In this document: positions 9,433 through 20,209 of the stretch, piece by piece
How positions within the stretch are numbered: position 1 is the stretch's first letter
Layout: the number at the start of each line of letters is the position of its first letter
DNA from: Pseudomonadota bacterium
Lineage (GTDB): Bacteria; Pseudomonadota; Gammaproteobacteria; Pseudomonadales; JADFDG01
DNA length: 64,000 bases
Assembly: GCA_049324495.1 (NCBI GenBank)
Contig: JBMOOP010000110.1
Span: 26,027 to 90,026 of the forward strand
Direction: 5' to 3'
Made by a program: the position numbers and the translations under genes
The notes under the pieces: model-generated
Seen by the model: the letters and a program-made list of their open reading frames with translations, nothing else
The model's database searches: none
What the model was told of the DNA's origin: nothing

Positions 9433-9801
9433 ATGGCGCGCATCCTGATCGTCGATGATTCGCCCACCGAGACCTACAAGTTTCGTGAAATTCTGGAGCG
9501 TAACGGACACCAGGTGCTGGAGGCGGGCAACGGCGCCGATGGCGTCGCGGTGGCGCGCCAGGAAAAGCCGGATGTGGTGCTGATGGATGTTGTCATGCCG
9601 GGCCTCAACGGCTTTCAGGCGACGCGGCAGCTCACCAAAGGTCCGGATACCGCGCACATTCCCGTGATTATCGTTACCACCAAGGATCAGGAAACCGATC
9701 GCGTCTGGGGCAAACGCCAGGGCGCTCGCGACTACCTGACCAAGCCGGTGGATGAAGCGATGTTGCTGGATGTGATCCGCCGTGCGCTGGCGGGCGTCTG
9801 A
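9433..9801 (+). CDS. pilH: twitching-motility CheY-like response regulator PilH
   Basis: It is a single REC domain (ILIVDDSPTE...LMDVVMPGLNG...YLTKPV) in second position in the operon. Confidence 0.88.
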   Translation: MARILIVDDSPTETYKFREILERNGHQVLEAGNGADGVAVARQEKPDVVLMDVVMPGLNGFQATRQLTKGPDTAHIPVIIVTTKDQETDRVWGKRQGARDYLTKPVDEAMLLDVIRRALAGV

Positions 9802-9813
9802 CGGTGCGCAACG

Positions 9814-10359
9814 ATGGCTGATGCCCAGGGCGTTTTCACCAGGCTCGTCGCGTTGCAGCGGCTTTGTCGCGAGCATGCTGTTGGTCTGCCGCAGCAGGAT
9901 GACATCGTCGAGTACTGGAGTGGCATAGGCTTTACCATGGATGGCGTGAAATACGTTTCGCCCATTCCGGAAGTGTCGGAAATCCTGCATGTGCCGCGCT
10001 ATACGCGCGTGCCCGGTGTGTTGGGCTGGATGAAAGGCATTGCCAATGTGCGTGGCCGCCTGCTGCCAATCATGGATCTGATCGGTTATTTCAACCGCAA
10101 ATCCGGGCTTCAGGAAAAGAAACGTCGCCTGCTGGTGCTTGATCATGGCGATGTCTACTCGGGTCTGGTGGTTGATGATGTGATGGGTATGCAGCATTTC
10201 CCCGTCGATTCCTACGCGCGCGATTCCGGCGAGCGGGATCCGGTGATTTCGCCCTATACCGACGGCTCTTACGAGCGCGAGGACGGCACGTGGATCGTGT
10301 TCAGCCCACACCGCCTTGCCGAGGATCCACGATTCATGCAGGTTGCGCGCGCCGGCTGA
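9814..10359 (+). CDS. pilI: CheW-like coupling protein PilI
   Basis: It has the length and pattern of a CheW-like domain (VPGVLGWMKGIANVRGRLLPIMDL) and lies between pilH and pilJ. Confidence 0.85.
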   Translation: MADAQGVFTRLVALQRLCREHAVGLPQQDDIVEYWSGIGFTMDGVKYVSPIPEVSEILHVPRYTRVPGVLGWMKGIANVRGRLLPIMDLIGYFNRKSGLQEKKRRLLVLDHGDVYSGLVVDDVMGMQHFPVDSYARDSGERDPVISPYTDGSYEREDGTWIVFSPHRLAEDPRFMQVARAG

Positions 10360-10412
10360 TGCCGGTGCCGTGAAAACAACAAACGAAGAATGATGAGGCC
10401 GGGAGCCTACAT

Positions 10413-12521
10413 ATGAAGCAGGTTCAATTATCCCCGCTCGGCCAGTTCCGCCGCAGGTTTGCCCAGATCGGCGCCAGCGTCCGTGAATTGCTCGGCAGGG
10501 TGACGGGTAATTTCGGCGGAACTGCCGAGCAGGGCGCTGGCGCGCAGGTTGGCGGTCTGCGTGTGTACCTGGGTGTTGGCGGCGCGCTGTTGGTGGTGAT
10601 CGCGCTGGTCATCTTCGGTGTCGTGTACGTGCGATCTGCCGGCGTTACCGATGCAGTACAGGACGCGTCCGAGTTGCGCGTGCTGTCGCAGAACCTTGCG
10701 AAGAATGCCCTGGAGGCGGCTGCCGGCAACCCGGCTGCGTTCGGAGCGTTGGGCGAGGCGCGCGCGGAATTCGACGCCAAGTGGCAATCACTCAAGGACT
10801 CTTCCGCTGCGGCCAACATCGAAGAGATGAAGAAGCTTGAGGAGGTGTGGGCGCGTGTAGGCCCGGACACCGACACCATTCTCGCCGGTGAAGATACGGT
10901 GATCGACCTGCACGACGTGGCCAAAACGCTTGCCGAAACGATCCCGAAGTTACAGGCCGAGTACGAGACGGTGGTCGATACGCTGGTGGAGGCGGAGGCG
11001 TCGGCCGATCAGGTCGCCATCGCCCAGCGCCAGAGTTGGCTGGCTGAGCGCATTGTCCGCTCGATCGCGAAGGTGCTTGAGGGTGGCGCGGGCGCCGTGG
11101 TGGCCGCCGATGCCTTCGGTCGCGATGCCAATCTTTTCGATCGCGTCCTGAAGGGCATGATCAACGGTGACAGGGCTCTCGAGATTGAGAAGGTAACTGA
11201 CGAGGACGCCATCGACGCTCTCTCCGAAATTTCCGATCTGTTTAGCGAGTACGTGCAGGGTTCGGTCGATGAGATTCTCGAGACTTCGCCGGAATTGTTC
11301 CGGGTGCGTGATGCGGCCGGCAAGATCTATACCGAATCGCAGGCGCTGCTCGACTCCGCCACAATCGTCTCCCAGGAGACCGCCGACAAACAGGCCGGCG
11401 GTATCTGGGTGTACGTGGGCACATTCTGTGCGGTATCCGGTCTTGCGCTGTTCGTGGTCCTGTTTTTCAGGCAGCGCGGCGAAGACCGCGACCGTCGTGA
11501 GTCGGTTGAAACGGAAAACCAGCGCAACCAGCAGGCCATTTTGCGACTGCTCGACGAGCTTGGCGACCTTGCCGACGGTGACCTTACCGTTGCTGCGACG
11601 GTATCCGAAGATTTTACCGGCGCAATCGCCGACTCGATCAACTTCGCTATCGACCAGCTGCGCAGTCTGGTATCCACCATCAACCAGACAGCCCTGCAGG
11701 TGTCATCTGCAGCCCAGGAAACGCAGTCCACCGCCATGCATCTGGCCGAAGCGGCTGAGCATCAGGCGCAGGAGATCGCCGGCGCCTCTGCCGCCATCAA
11801 CGAAATGGCGGTATCCATTGACCAGGTGTCCGCGAACGCATCCGAATCGGCTGCGGTAGCAGAACGTTCGGTAGCGATCGCCAACAAGGGTGCCGAAGTC
11901 GTACAGGCAACGATTCGCGGCATGGACACCATCCGCGAGCAGATTCAGGAGACTTCGAAGCGGATTAAGCGACTTGGTGAATCGTCGCAGGAGATCGGTG
12001 ACATCGTCTCGCTGATTACCGACATTGCCGATCAGACCAACATTCTTGCTCTGAACGCGGCGATTCAGGCGTCGATGGCCGGCGATGCGGGCCGCGGCTT
12101 CGCGGTCGTAGCCGACGAAGTACAGCGTCTTGCCGAGCGCTCGTCTGCTGCTGCAAAGCAGATCGAAACGCTGGTTAAAACAATTCAGACCGACACCAAC
12201 GAAGCTGTTATCTCCATGGAGCAAACGACTTCGGAAGTAGTACGCGGTGCGCGTCTCGCGCAGGACGCAGGTGTCGCGCTTGAAGAGATTGAGAGCGTAT
12301 CGGAAACGCTTGCCGAGCTGATTCAGAATATTTCGAACGCTGCGCGCCAGCAGGCGGCTTCAGCCGGCCATATCTCCAACACGATGAACGTCATTCAGGA
12401 GATCACGTCACAAACCTCTGCCGGTACAACAGCTACTGCGAAGTCAATCGGCAATCTTGCCGAGATGGCGGCCGAACTGCGTAATTCGGTGGCCGGCTTC
12501 AAGCTACCGGAATACATGTAA
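10413..12521 (+). CDS. pilJ: methyl-accepting chemotaxis protein PilJ
   Basis: It has two TM segments and a highly conserved MCP signalling hairpin ([40 protein letters not shown]). Confidence 0.9.
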   Translation: MKQVQLSPLGQFRRRFAQIGASVRELLGRVTGNFGGTAEQGAGAQVGGLRVYLGVGGALLVVIALVIFGVVYVRSAGVTDAVQDASELRVLSQNLAKNALEAAAGNPAAFGALGEARAEFDAKWQSLKDSSAAANIEEMKKLEEVWARVGPDTDTILAGEDTVIDLHDVAKTLAETIPKLQAEYETVVDTLVEAEASADQVAIAQRQSWLAERIVRSIAKVLEGGAGAVVAADAFGRDANLFDRVLKGMINGDRALEIEKVTDEDAIDALSEISDLFSEYVQGSVDEILETSPELFRVRDAAGKIYTESQALLDSATIVSQETADKQAGGIWVYVGTFCAVSGLALFVVLFFRQRGEDRDRRESVETENQRNQQAILRLLDELGDLADGDLTVAATVSEDFTGAIADSINFAIDQLRSLVSTINQTALQVSSAAQETQSTAMHLAEAAEHQAQEIAGASAAINEMAVSIDQVSANASESAAVAERSVAIANKGAEVVQATIRGMDTIREQIQETSKRIKRLGESSQEIGDIVSLITDIADQTNILALNAAIQASMAGDAGRGFAVVADEVQRLAERSSAAAKQIETLVKTIQTDTNEAVISMEQTTSEVVRGARLAQDAGVALEEIESVSETLAELIQNISNAARQQAASAGHISNTMNVIQEITSQTSAGTTATAKSIGNLAEMAAELRNSVAGFKLPEYM

Positions 12522-12570
12522 TGCCGACGACGCATGACGTTGCCGATTGACAAGAGAGTGGTGACGCGCT

Positions 12571-13437
12571 GTGGCCCAGCATTGGTCGATGCGCAATCTG
12601 CCGGAAATGGACGGCGAACAGTTCCGTCTGTGGCAGGCGTTGCTTGAAGATCGCACCGGCATGGCGCTCGCGGTCGAACGCAAGAGTTTTCTGGAGGCCA
12701 GTCTCGCCATCCGTACGCGCGAGCTTGGCCTGCAGACATACGAGGCGTATTACGAGCAACTCGTAAACCGCTCGCCGGCCGACTCCGTCATGGAGTGGTC
12801 GATTCTGATCGACCGGTTGACGATCCAGGAAACGAGTTTTTTCCGGCATCGCAGCTCTTACGAACTCGTTGAGAAATATGTCCGCGACCGTGTTGTTACA
12901 GGCAAAGCGCCGAAGAATTTCAATGTCTGGTCGGTTGGCTGTTCCTCCGGAGAGGAGCCGTACTCGCTGGCCATACTTCTCACCGAAATGTTTGCCACGC
13001 TCAACGTCGTGCCGTACTGGGGCATCACCGCCACCGATATCAGTCTGCCGGTGCTGGCCAAGGCGCGTCGGGGTGTCTACGGTGCCCGCAAGGTGGATCT
13101 GCTTGATGCGGCGCTCAAAGAGCGCTATTTCCGGAAAATAAGCGACCGGGAATACGAGATATCCGCCGAGCTGAAGACACGCATCTGTTTTGCGCGTGTT
13201 AACGTGCTGGAGTTGGATAAGGTGCCGTTTCAGGATATCGACCTGATTTACTGCCAGAACATGCTGATTTACTTCCGCCGCTGGCGTAAGCGCGAGATTG
13301 TCACTCGCCTCGCCGACCGGCTGGCCCCGGGCGGACTGCTGGTCCTCGGTCTTGGTGAAGTGGTCGATTGGCAGCACCCGAACATGGACAGGGTCCGGTT
13401 CGATGACTCCCTGGCATTCATGCGGCGCGCGCACTGA
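12571..13437 (+). CDS. pilK: CheR-type chemotaxis protein methyltransferase PilK
   Basis: It has a CheR N-terminal helical region plus a SAM-binding core (VWSVGCSSGEEPYSLAILL ... IYCQNMLIYF). The start could be 12571 or 12589. Confidence 0.85.
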   Translation: MAQHWSMRNLPEMDGEQFRLWQALLEDRTGMALAVERKSFLEASLAIRTRELGLQTYEAYYEQLVNRSPADSVMEWSILIDRLTIQETSFFRHRSSYELVEKYVRDRVVTGKAPKNFNVWSVGCSSGEEPYSLAILLTEMFATLNVVPYWGITATDISLPVLAKARRGVYGARKVDLLDAALKERYFRKISDREYEISAELKTRICFARVNVLELDKVPFQDIDLIYCQNMLIYFRRWRKREIVTRLADRLAPGGLLVLGLGEVVDWQHPNMDRVRFDDSLAFMRRAH

Positions 13438-13498
13438 AGATGCTGTGCCAGAGTGGGTGTCTTGAACGCAGGTATCCCGGTCGGAAAATAGAGACGCA

Positions 13499-16400
13499 GT
13501 GATGGCTGAGACGCACGATTTCCTCGCGCTCGACTGGGTCAAGGGAGAGATCGAGGAAACCCTGAAGCAGGCACAACAGGCTCTGGAGGCTCACGTTGAG
13601 AATCCGGAGGATCAGACGCGCCTGCGATTCTGTCTGACCTATCTGCATCAGGTGTACGGCACGCTGCAGATGGTCGAGTTCTACGGCGCTGCGTTGCTGG
13701 CCGAAGAAATGGAGAAGCTCACCCAGGCACTGTTGAGCGGAAAAGTGCCGCGTGTGGCTGATGCCCAGGAAACGCTGATGCGCGGTATGCTCCAGCTGCC
13801 TGCGTATCTCGATCGCATCAAGGCCAGCCGGCGCGACATGCCGGTCGTATTATTGCCGCTGCTTAATGATCTGCGTGCCGCGCGCGGCGAAAAATTCCTC
13901 TCCGAGGGCTCGCTGTTCAAGCCAGACATGACGGGCTCCGGCGGCGATGGCGAGGTGCTCGTCGCCGTGGCTGCAGATCCGAATCTCGCCGAGTTGTTGC
14001 GCAAGATTCGGCAGATGTTCCAGATCGCGCTGGTCGGATTCATTCGTGGCGAGAATCTGCCGACCAATATCGGCCATATGGCCAAGGTTTCGGCGAAGCT
14101 GGTAAAGGTTGCCGGAGACTCCGCGATCGCACCGCTGTGGAAAGTCACCGGCGCCATTGCCGAAGGGCTCGCCAGCGCATCGATAGAAGGCAGCACCGCG
14201 ATCAAACTCCTGCTTGGTCAGGTTGATCGACAGATCAAGTTGCTGGTCGAGCAAGGTGCGCCGGGCTTTGCGCAGAAGCCTGCTCCGGATCTGTTCAAGA
14301 ATCTTCTCTTTTATGTTGCGCGCAGTGAAGCCGATTCGCCGTTGATTGCGCAGGTGCGCAAGATATACAAGCTGGATGAGGCGTTGCCATCGGATGAGAC
14401 AATCGATGCGGAACGCTTGAAGCTTGCCGGGCCTGACCGGCAGACGATGACGACTGTTGCGCGGGCAATTTCTGAAGAACTGGCACGCGTCAAGGAAGCG
14501 CTGGACATCTTCATGCGCGGTGGCCCGCAGAGCAAGGTTACGGACCTTTCCCCGCATATCGGCACGCTCAAGCAGATTGCCGACACTATCGCCATGCTGG
14601 GTCTTGGTCAGCAACGCAAGCTGGTGCAGGAACAACACGACATCCTTGAGCAGATCGTCAAGGACGGCAAGCTGGAGAATCCCGCTCTGTTGATGGATGT
14701 CGCTGGCGCCCTGCTTTATGTTGAAGCGACGCTGTCTGGCGGGGACGGCCGGCCGCAGGCGCGGGTGCCGGCGACACCGCAGGACGCTCTTGCCCAGGAT
14801 GGGCTTGCGAAAGCGCGTGAGGCAGTCGTGCGCGAATGCCGTGCCGGTCTTGAATTCACCAAAGACAAGATCGTCGAGTACATTGCGTCGCAATGGGATC
14901 GGGTTCATATCCAGGATGTCCCGGACACGCTGGTCATGGTGCGCGGCGGCCTGCAGATGATTGGGCTGGATCGTGCCGCAATGGTGCTCGTGCAGGCGGC
15001 GAATTTTTTCCGAGCGGAATTGCTTGGCGAAGATGCACAGCCGGACTGGAAGCGTATGGACACGCTTGCCGACGCCATCAGTTCGGTCGAGTATTTTCTT
15101 GAGCGGATCATCGAAGATCCGGAAAGTGGCGATCATATTCTCGAAATTGCAGAAAAATCCGCCGCAGATCTCGGCTACCCGGTATCTGACGTTTCAAAAC
15201 CAATCATGGAGTTCGACATACCTGCTGTTGTCATGAAGCAGGAGCCGGATGCGTTTGCTCCTGATGCCGATGAGGAGATCGAGGCGCACGCGAAATATGA
15301 GATACCAGCCGTCATTTTCAGCAATGAGTTGAGCGACGAGCTGGTTGCCGAGCCGACGCTCGATGTACCAATGACGGCAGCCGAGGAAGGCAAAACCTCG
15401 TTCGCCGACGAGGAATCGCCGCTGATTGATGAAGACATGCTGGCGCTTGCAGACTTGATGGATGAGAGCTCGGCTCCAGGCGAGCATGCGAACGAGATTC
15501 CAGCTGAGGAGATTGTTGCGACAGATATTCTTCCGGTTGCCGATCAGGGGATTGAGGATGCCTCTGTCGATGCCGAAATCGTCGAAATTTTCGTCGAGGA
15601 AATCGGCGAAGTTATGGAGAATTTTGACGAGTACTTTCCGCAGTGGGTTGCCAATCAGCAGGATGAGGTGTCGCTCAAGGAGTTTCGCCGCGCTTTCCAC
15701 ACGCTCAAGGGTAGCGGTCGGATGGTTGGCGCGAAATATGTCGGTGAATTGGCGTGGGCAGTCGAAAACATGCTCAACCGTGTTATCGACAAGACAATTC
15801 TGCCAACACCGGTGATGGTCGAGCTGATCCGCACGGTCAAGGGAATTGTCCCCGACCTGGTCGATGCCTTTGCGCAACGGCGCAAGCCGCCGTACGCTGT
15901 TGAGGCGCTGATGGCGTGCGCAAGCGCATTTGCGCGCGGCGAGAGTCCGGATTTCGTACCATCGCTTGCTCAGCATGACGCCCTGCTGGCAGCAGAAGGT
16001 GCTCCGGATACAGAAATTGCAGTAGCCGACTCCTTGTTGGCGATATCGACCGAAGAAGATGTATTTGCGCCGTCGTCACTTGCCGGGGAGGATGTTCCCG
16101 CGCCTGAGGATGAGGTGAAGGCCGAATACGACATGGCGTTGATGGAGGTGTTCTCCGGCGAGGCCGAGCAGCACATCGCCACGCTAGACGCATATCTGGC
16201 AAGCCTCGATCCGGATGTTGCATATCATCCGATTACAGACGAGTTGCTGCGCGCATTGCATACGCTCAAGGGCAGTGCGCGCATGGCTGGCATCATGCCG
16301 GTTGCCGAGGTGGCCGGGCCTACCGAGAAATTCTGCAAGGAATTGCGCAACAACGGCGAACTTGCCGACGCCGACGTGATTGCGCTGGTGCGCGAGGCGA

Positions 16401-19400
16401 CGAACCTTGTGCGGCTGCGGGTGAGATACTTGTTGCCGGATCCGTACGCGCCGATTCCCGGTGCCCAATCCTATCTTGAGATGCTGTTCGCGATTCAGGA
16501 TGCGCGGCATGCGCCGCGCGCAGCCACTGTTTCGGTTGAGGCGCCGGCAAAGCATGCCGTGCAGCCGCGGCCCGGCATGATCAACGCGTTGCTTGCCGAG
16601 GGCATTGAACATGTGCTCGATGGCGGCGATTACGCCGCGCAATGGTCGCAGCAGGGTGTGGTTGGGCAGGATCTTGATGCGCTGCGCGAGCAGTTGCGAC
16701 GCTTGCACAATACCGCCACGAGCGGCGGTATTGTGCCCATTGCGGATATTGCCCGGCGACTTAGTCGAGTTTATGACGCGATTCATGAAAGTCACCTGAT
16801 GCTCGCCAATAATGTGCTGGATGCCCTGCAGCAGGGGCATGAGGCGATTATTGGAATGATGGACTGCATGGCTGCGCACCAGAGCATCTGGCCGGCGACA
16901 GAAGTCGAGCAGTTGCTTGATGCTGTTACTGCGGGTTTGCCGAGTGATGGTTCATACGGTGATCAGGCGCTGTCCGGGAATACGCCGACAGGCATATCGA
17001 CGGATACGGAACAAGTATCTTCGTATGACGAAGAAGAGGTGTTGTTCTCTGCTGACGAGTTTGCAGTTTCCGAAGCGGAGGTGATTGCAGCCACGGGGAC
17101 GGTCGAGCCGGAAGATGCATTCGACGATGTCGAGCTGTCTGCCGACGATGTGAGTCTCTCAGAGGAGGAAGTGCTCCGGCTGACCGGCAGTGTCGAGCCG
17201 TCGATCCCGGCGCCAGAGGGCGCGCTGACTGAGAACATCGTGGCGGGTGGCGGTGAGGGCCCGATCAACGTGCCGGAGCGTGATCCGGAGCTGGTCGAAA
17301 TTTTTCTGGAGGAAGCCGGCGAGCTTGTCGAGAGTTCGGGCGAATCCTTGTCGATATGGCTGCGCAATGCCGACAATCTGATTGAAGTCCAGAAACTTCA
17401 ACGCGACCTGCATACGCTCAAGGGCGGTGCACGGATGGCGGAAATTGCGGAACTGGGCGATCTGGCACACGAACTTGAAAACCTGTACGAAGGCCTCAGC
17501 CAGGGCACGCTGCCTGTGCGGCCGGTGCTGTTCGAATTGCTCAATCGCTGCCATGACCGTATTGCGGATATGGTGGACGATATTCGTAGCAAGGGCTGGT
17601 GCAAGGACGGCAGACAATTGATTGCGCAGATTCATGCGTATATCAAGAATCCGGAACAGTTCAGCATGGATGCTCTGGCGGCGCCACTCAAGGTGGCAAC
17701 CGTACCCGTGCCGGTAACGGAAGGGCAGGCTTCTGCTGCGAGCGAAGTGCCACGCATGATTCTCCCGGCAGCGCGACCTGCGGAAGAAAGTGAGCCGGTC
17801 GTCGATGCCGACATTCTGGAGATATTCCTTGAGGAAGCCGAGGATCTCACGGCACAACTCGATGCGGCGATAAGTGGTTGGCAATCAGAACCGGGCAATA
17901 GCGCGCATGCCGACCAGATCAAGCGAGTTTTGCACACGCTGAAGGGCGGTGCGCGGCTCGCTGGTCTTAAGCGTCTTGGTGATGTCAGCCACGAATTCGA
18001 GACGCGGGTGATCGACCTTGTTCCGCGGGCACCGGACGCGGCATTCTTCGCTGCAATCGTGGCGTATCACGACAATATTTCTGCGCAGGTCGAACGCATT
18101 CGTGCCGGCGGCGCTGCCGCAGCAGCGACCAATGCTGCTAGTACCACCGCGAAAGCGGCGGAGGTACCCGTTGTATCGGCCCCTGCTGCGTTGCCGCCGG
18201 AACAGTCGGCTGCAGAGCCGGCCACCGGCCTTGTTCCACATGACCGCAAGGAAGATAAGGATGAGGATCGCCGCGGGCCGGTGCAAACGGCAGTGCGGCA
18301 GGCGCAGCCGCAGGAAATGGTCAAGGTGCCGTCAGATTTGCTGGAGAAACTCGTTAACCTCGCGGGTGAAACCTCCATCAACCGCAGCCGTATCGAAACG
18401 CAGGTGACCGATTTCCGCTACACGCTGGGCGAAATGGGGTCGACAATCTCGCGGCTTGCCGCGCAGTTGCGTCGTCTCGATGCGGAAGCAGATTCGCAGG
18501 TCAAGGCGAACTGGGAGAAGGGTGTTGCCGAAGGTAAATACTCAGGCGAGTTCGATCCACTGGAGATGGATCAGTACTCTGCGCTGCATCAGCTGACCAA
18601 ACAGTTGTTCGAATCGGCATCTGACCTGCTCGACATTCGTGACACGCTGACCAGCAAGTCGCGTGATACCGAAACGCTGTTGCTGCAGCAGTCGCGCGTC
18701 AATACCGAGCTGCAGGAAGGCCTGATGCGCTCGCGCATGGTGCCCTTCTCGCGGCTGATCCCGCGCTTGCGCCGCATTGTCCGCCAGGTGTCCGGTGAAC
18801 TGAAGAAGCAAGTCGATATTGACTTCATCAATCCGGAAGGCGAGATGGATCGAGCGTTGCTCGAGCGTATCGTCGCGCCGCTTGAGCACATGCTACGCAA
18901 TGCCTGCGACCATGGCGTGGAGAGTCCGCAGGTGCGCATTGCCGCCGGCAAGCCGGCGATGGGTCGTATTCGCCTTGCGCTGACGCGTGAGGGTGGTGAG
19001 GTCGTGCTGAGTATTTCCGACGATGGCAATGGCATCAATGTCGACGCCGTGCGCAAGAAAGCGATGGAGCGCGGCTTGATGGATGCGACTTCCGAGTTGT
19101 CCGATCAGGAGGTGATGCAGTTCATCCTTGAGGCCGGATTCTCTACTGCCGAGAAAGTGACGCAGATTTCTGGGCGCGGTGTCGGTATGGACGTCGTGTC
19201 CAGTGAGATCAGGCAGATGGGCGGGGTATTGACGATCCGTTCTGAAGTCAATCAGGGCACGACTTTCGAGATTCGCCTGCCATTCACTGTGTCGGTGAAT
19301 CGTGCGCTGATGGTGCGCATTGGCGAGGAGCAGTTCGCGATCCCTCTGGTGCAGATCGAGGGTATCGTGCGCGTGTCGCCCTACGAACTTGAAGCCTATT

Positions 19401-20194
19401 ACCAGCCGAACGCGCCGGCTTTCGAATATGCCGGGGAGTCATATCGCCTTGATTATCTCGGCGGTTTTGTGCACGGCGTTGCTGCGCCGGATCTGCGTGG
19501 CGCGGCAATGCCGTTGCCGGTGTTGCTGGTGCGCGGTTCCGAACACACTGTTGCCGTGCAGGTCGACCAGTTGATCGGTTCGCGCGAAGTGGTGGTGAAA
19601 GCGGTTGGGCCGCAGTTGTCCACGGTGGCCGGCATTTCCGGCGCAACGATCCTCGGCGATGGCCGGGTGGTGATCATTCTCGATTTGTTGTCGCTGATTC
19701 GTGCTGCGCACCTGCAGCATGAGATGGCGCTTGCTACACAGCGCCGCCTTGTGATGCGGCGTGGCGAGGCAACGGGTGTTGGCGGTCTGGCTACAGCCGT
19801 ACGCGAAACGCCACTCATCATGGTGACAGACGACTCGGTGACGGTGCGCAAGGTCACGGGCCGTTTCCTTGAGCGCCAGGGGTTTGAGGTTATTACCGCG
19901 AAAGATGGTATGGACGCAGTTGCGCAACTTGCCGATATCAAGCCGGATATCATGCTGCTCGATATCGAGATGCCGCGCATGGACGGTTTCGAGGTGGCAT
20001 CACACTGCCGCCACGACAGCCGCCTCAAGGATTTGCCGATCATCATGATTACGTCACGCACCGGTGAGAAGCACCGTGAGCGTGCGATGGAGCTCGGGGT
20101 CAATGCCTATCTTGGTAAGCCCTTCCAGGAAAACGAATTGCTGGCGAAGATCCAGGAATTGTTGGCGGAGCGGCGCGCGCAAGCGTCGCCCTGA
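13499..20194 (+). CDS. chpA: multi-Hpt hybrid histidine kinase ChpA (CheA-like, C-terminal receiver)
   Basis: The ORF is 2231 aa. There are four canonical Hpt motifs H-T-L-K-G (His codons at nt 15698, 16259, 17411, 17933). It also has a dimerisation/HATPase core (GRGVGMDVV), a CheW-like domain, and a C-terminal REC (LIMVTDDS...LLDIEMPRMDG...LGKPF). The start is GTG 13499 or ATG 13502. Confidence 0.92.
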   Translation: MMAETHDFLALDWVKGEIEETLKQAQQALEAHVENPEDQTRLRFCLTYLHQVYGTLQMVEFYGAALLAEEMEKLTQALLSGKVPRVADAQETLMRGMLQLPAYLDRIKASRRDMPVVLLPLLNDLRAARGEKFLSEGSLFKPDMTGSGGDGEVLVAVAADPNLAELLRKIRQMFQIALVGFIRGENLPTNIGHMAKVSAKLVKVAGDSAIAPLWKVTGAIAEGLASASIEGSTAIKLLLGQVDRQIKLLVEQGAPGFAQKPAPDLFKNLLFYVARSEADSPLIAQVRKIYKLDEALPSDETIDAERLKLAGPDRQTMTTVARAISEELARVKEALDIFMRGGPQSKVTDLSPHIGTLKQIADTIAMLGLGQQRKLVQEQHDILEQIVKDGKLENPALLMDVAGALLYVEATLSGGDGRPQARVPATPQDALAQDGLAKAREAVVRECRAGLEFTKDKIVEYIASQWDRVHIQDVPDTLVMVRGGLQMIGLDRAAMVLVQAANFFRAELLGEDAQPDWKRMDTLADAISSVEYFLERIIEDPESGDHILEIAEKSAADLGYPVSDVSKPIMEFDIPAVVMKQEPDAFAPDADEEIEAHAKYEIPAVIFSNELSDELVAEPTLDVPMTAAEEGKTSFADEESPLIDEDMLALADLMDESSAPGEHANEIPAEEIVATDILPVADQGIEDASVDAEIVEIFVEEIGEVMENFDEYFPQWVANQQDEVSLKEFRRAFHTLKGSGRMVGAKYVGELAWAVENMLNRVIDKTILPTPVMVELIRTVKGIVPDLVDAFAQRRKPPYAVEALMACASAFARGESPDFVPSLAQHDALLAAEGAPDTEIAVADSLLAISTEEDVFAPSSLAGEDVPAPEDEVKAEYDMALMEVFSGEAEQHIATLDAYLASLDPDVAYHPITDELLRALHTLKGSARMAGIMPVAEVAGPTEKFCKELRNNGELADADVIALVREATNLVRLRVRYLLPDPYAPIPGAQSYLEMLFAIQDARHAPRAATVSVEAPAKHAVQPRPGMINALLAEGIEHVLDGGDYAAQWSQQGVVGQDLDALREQLRRLHNTATSGGIVPIADIARRLSRVYDAIHESHLMLANNVLDALQQGHEAIIGMMDCMAAHQSIWPATEVEQLLDAVTAGLPSDGSYGDQALSGNTPTGISTDTEQVSSYDEEEVLFSADEFAVSEAEVIAATGTVEPEDAFDDVELSADDVSLSEEEVLRLTGSVEPSIPAPEGALTENIVAGGGEGPINVPERDPELVEIFLEEAGELVESSGESLSIWLRNADNLIEVQKLQRDLHTLKGGARMAEIAELGDLAHELENLYEGLSQGTLPVRPVLFELLNRCHDRIADMVDDIRSKGWCKDGRQLIAQIHAYIKNPEQFSMDALAAPLKVATVPVPVTEGQASAASEVPRMILPAARPAEESEPVVDADILEIFLEEAEDLTAQLDAAISGWQSEPGNSAHADQIKRVLHTLKGGARLAGLKRLGDVSHEFETRVIDLVPRAPDAAFFAAIVAYHDNISAQVERIRAGGAAAAATNAASTTAKAAEVPVVSAPAALPPEQSAAEPATGLVPHDRKEDKDEDRRGPVQTAVRQAQPQEMVKVPSDLLEKLVNLAGETSINRSRIETQVTDFRYTLGEMGSTISRLAAQLRRLDAEADSQVKANWEKGVAEGKYSGEFDPLEMDQYSALHQLTKQLFESASDLLDIRDTLTSKSRDTETLLLQQSRVNTELQEGLMRSRMVPFSRLIPRLRRIVRQVSGELKKQVDIDFINPEGEMDRALLERIVAPLEHMLRNACDHGVESPQVRIAAGKPAMGRIRLALTREGGEVVLSISDDGNGINVDAVRKKAMERGLMDATSELSDQEVMQFILEAGFSTAEKVTQISGRGVGMDVVSSEIRQMGGVLTIRSEVNQGTTFEIRLPFTVSVNRALMVRIGEEQFAIPLVQIEGIVRVSPYELEAYYQPNAPAFEYAGESYRLDYLGGFVHGVAAPDLRGAAMPLPVLLVRGSEHTVAVQVDQLIGSREVVVKAVGPQLSTVAGISGATILGDGRVVIILDLLSLIRAAHLQHEMALATQRRLVMRRGEATGVGGLATAVRETPLIMVTDDSVTVRKVTGRFLERQGFEVITAKDGMDAVAQLADIKPDIMLLDIEMPRMDGFEVASHCRHDSRLKDLPIIMITSRTGEKHRERAMELGVNAYLGKPFQENELLAKIQELLAERRAQASP
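17048..17200 (+). repeat. tandem duplication (period 90 bp) inside an acidic ChpA inter-Hpt linker
   Basis: SADEFAVSEAEVIAATGTVEP (17048-17110) is repeated as SADDVSLSEEEVLRLTGSVEP (17138-17200). Both copies start tctgc(t/c)gacga and end gtcgagccg. Confidence 0.6.
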
Positions 20195-20209
20195 GGGTTG
20201 GCTCGCAGT

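Noticed and set aside
13850-15136. A 428-aa ORF on the minus strand, antisense to chpA. Similar long antisense or alternate-frame ORFs include 7680-8807(+), 7972-8811(-), 5459-6424(+), 25132-26262(+), 47478-48992(+), 48746-50311(-), 54796-56040(-) and 60949-61863(-).
   Set aside because: These are typical shadow ORFs of a high-GC genome. Each lies entirely inside a gene with strong recognisable motifs on the other strand or frame. Their translations are Arg/Ala/Gly/Pro-rich low-complexity sequence without motifs.
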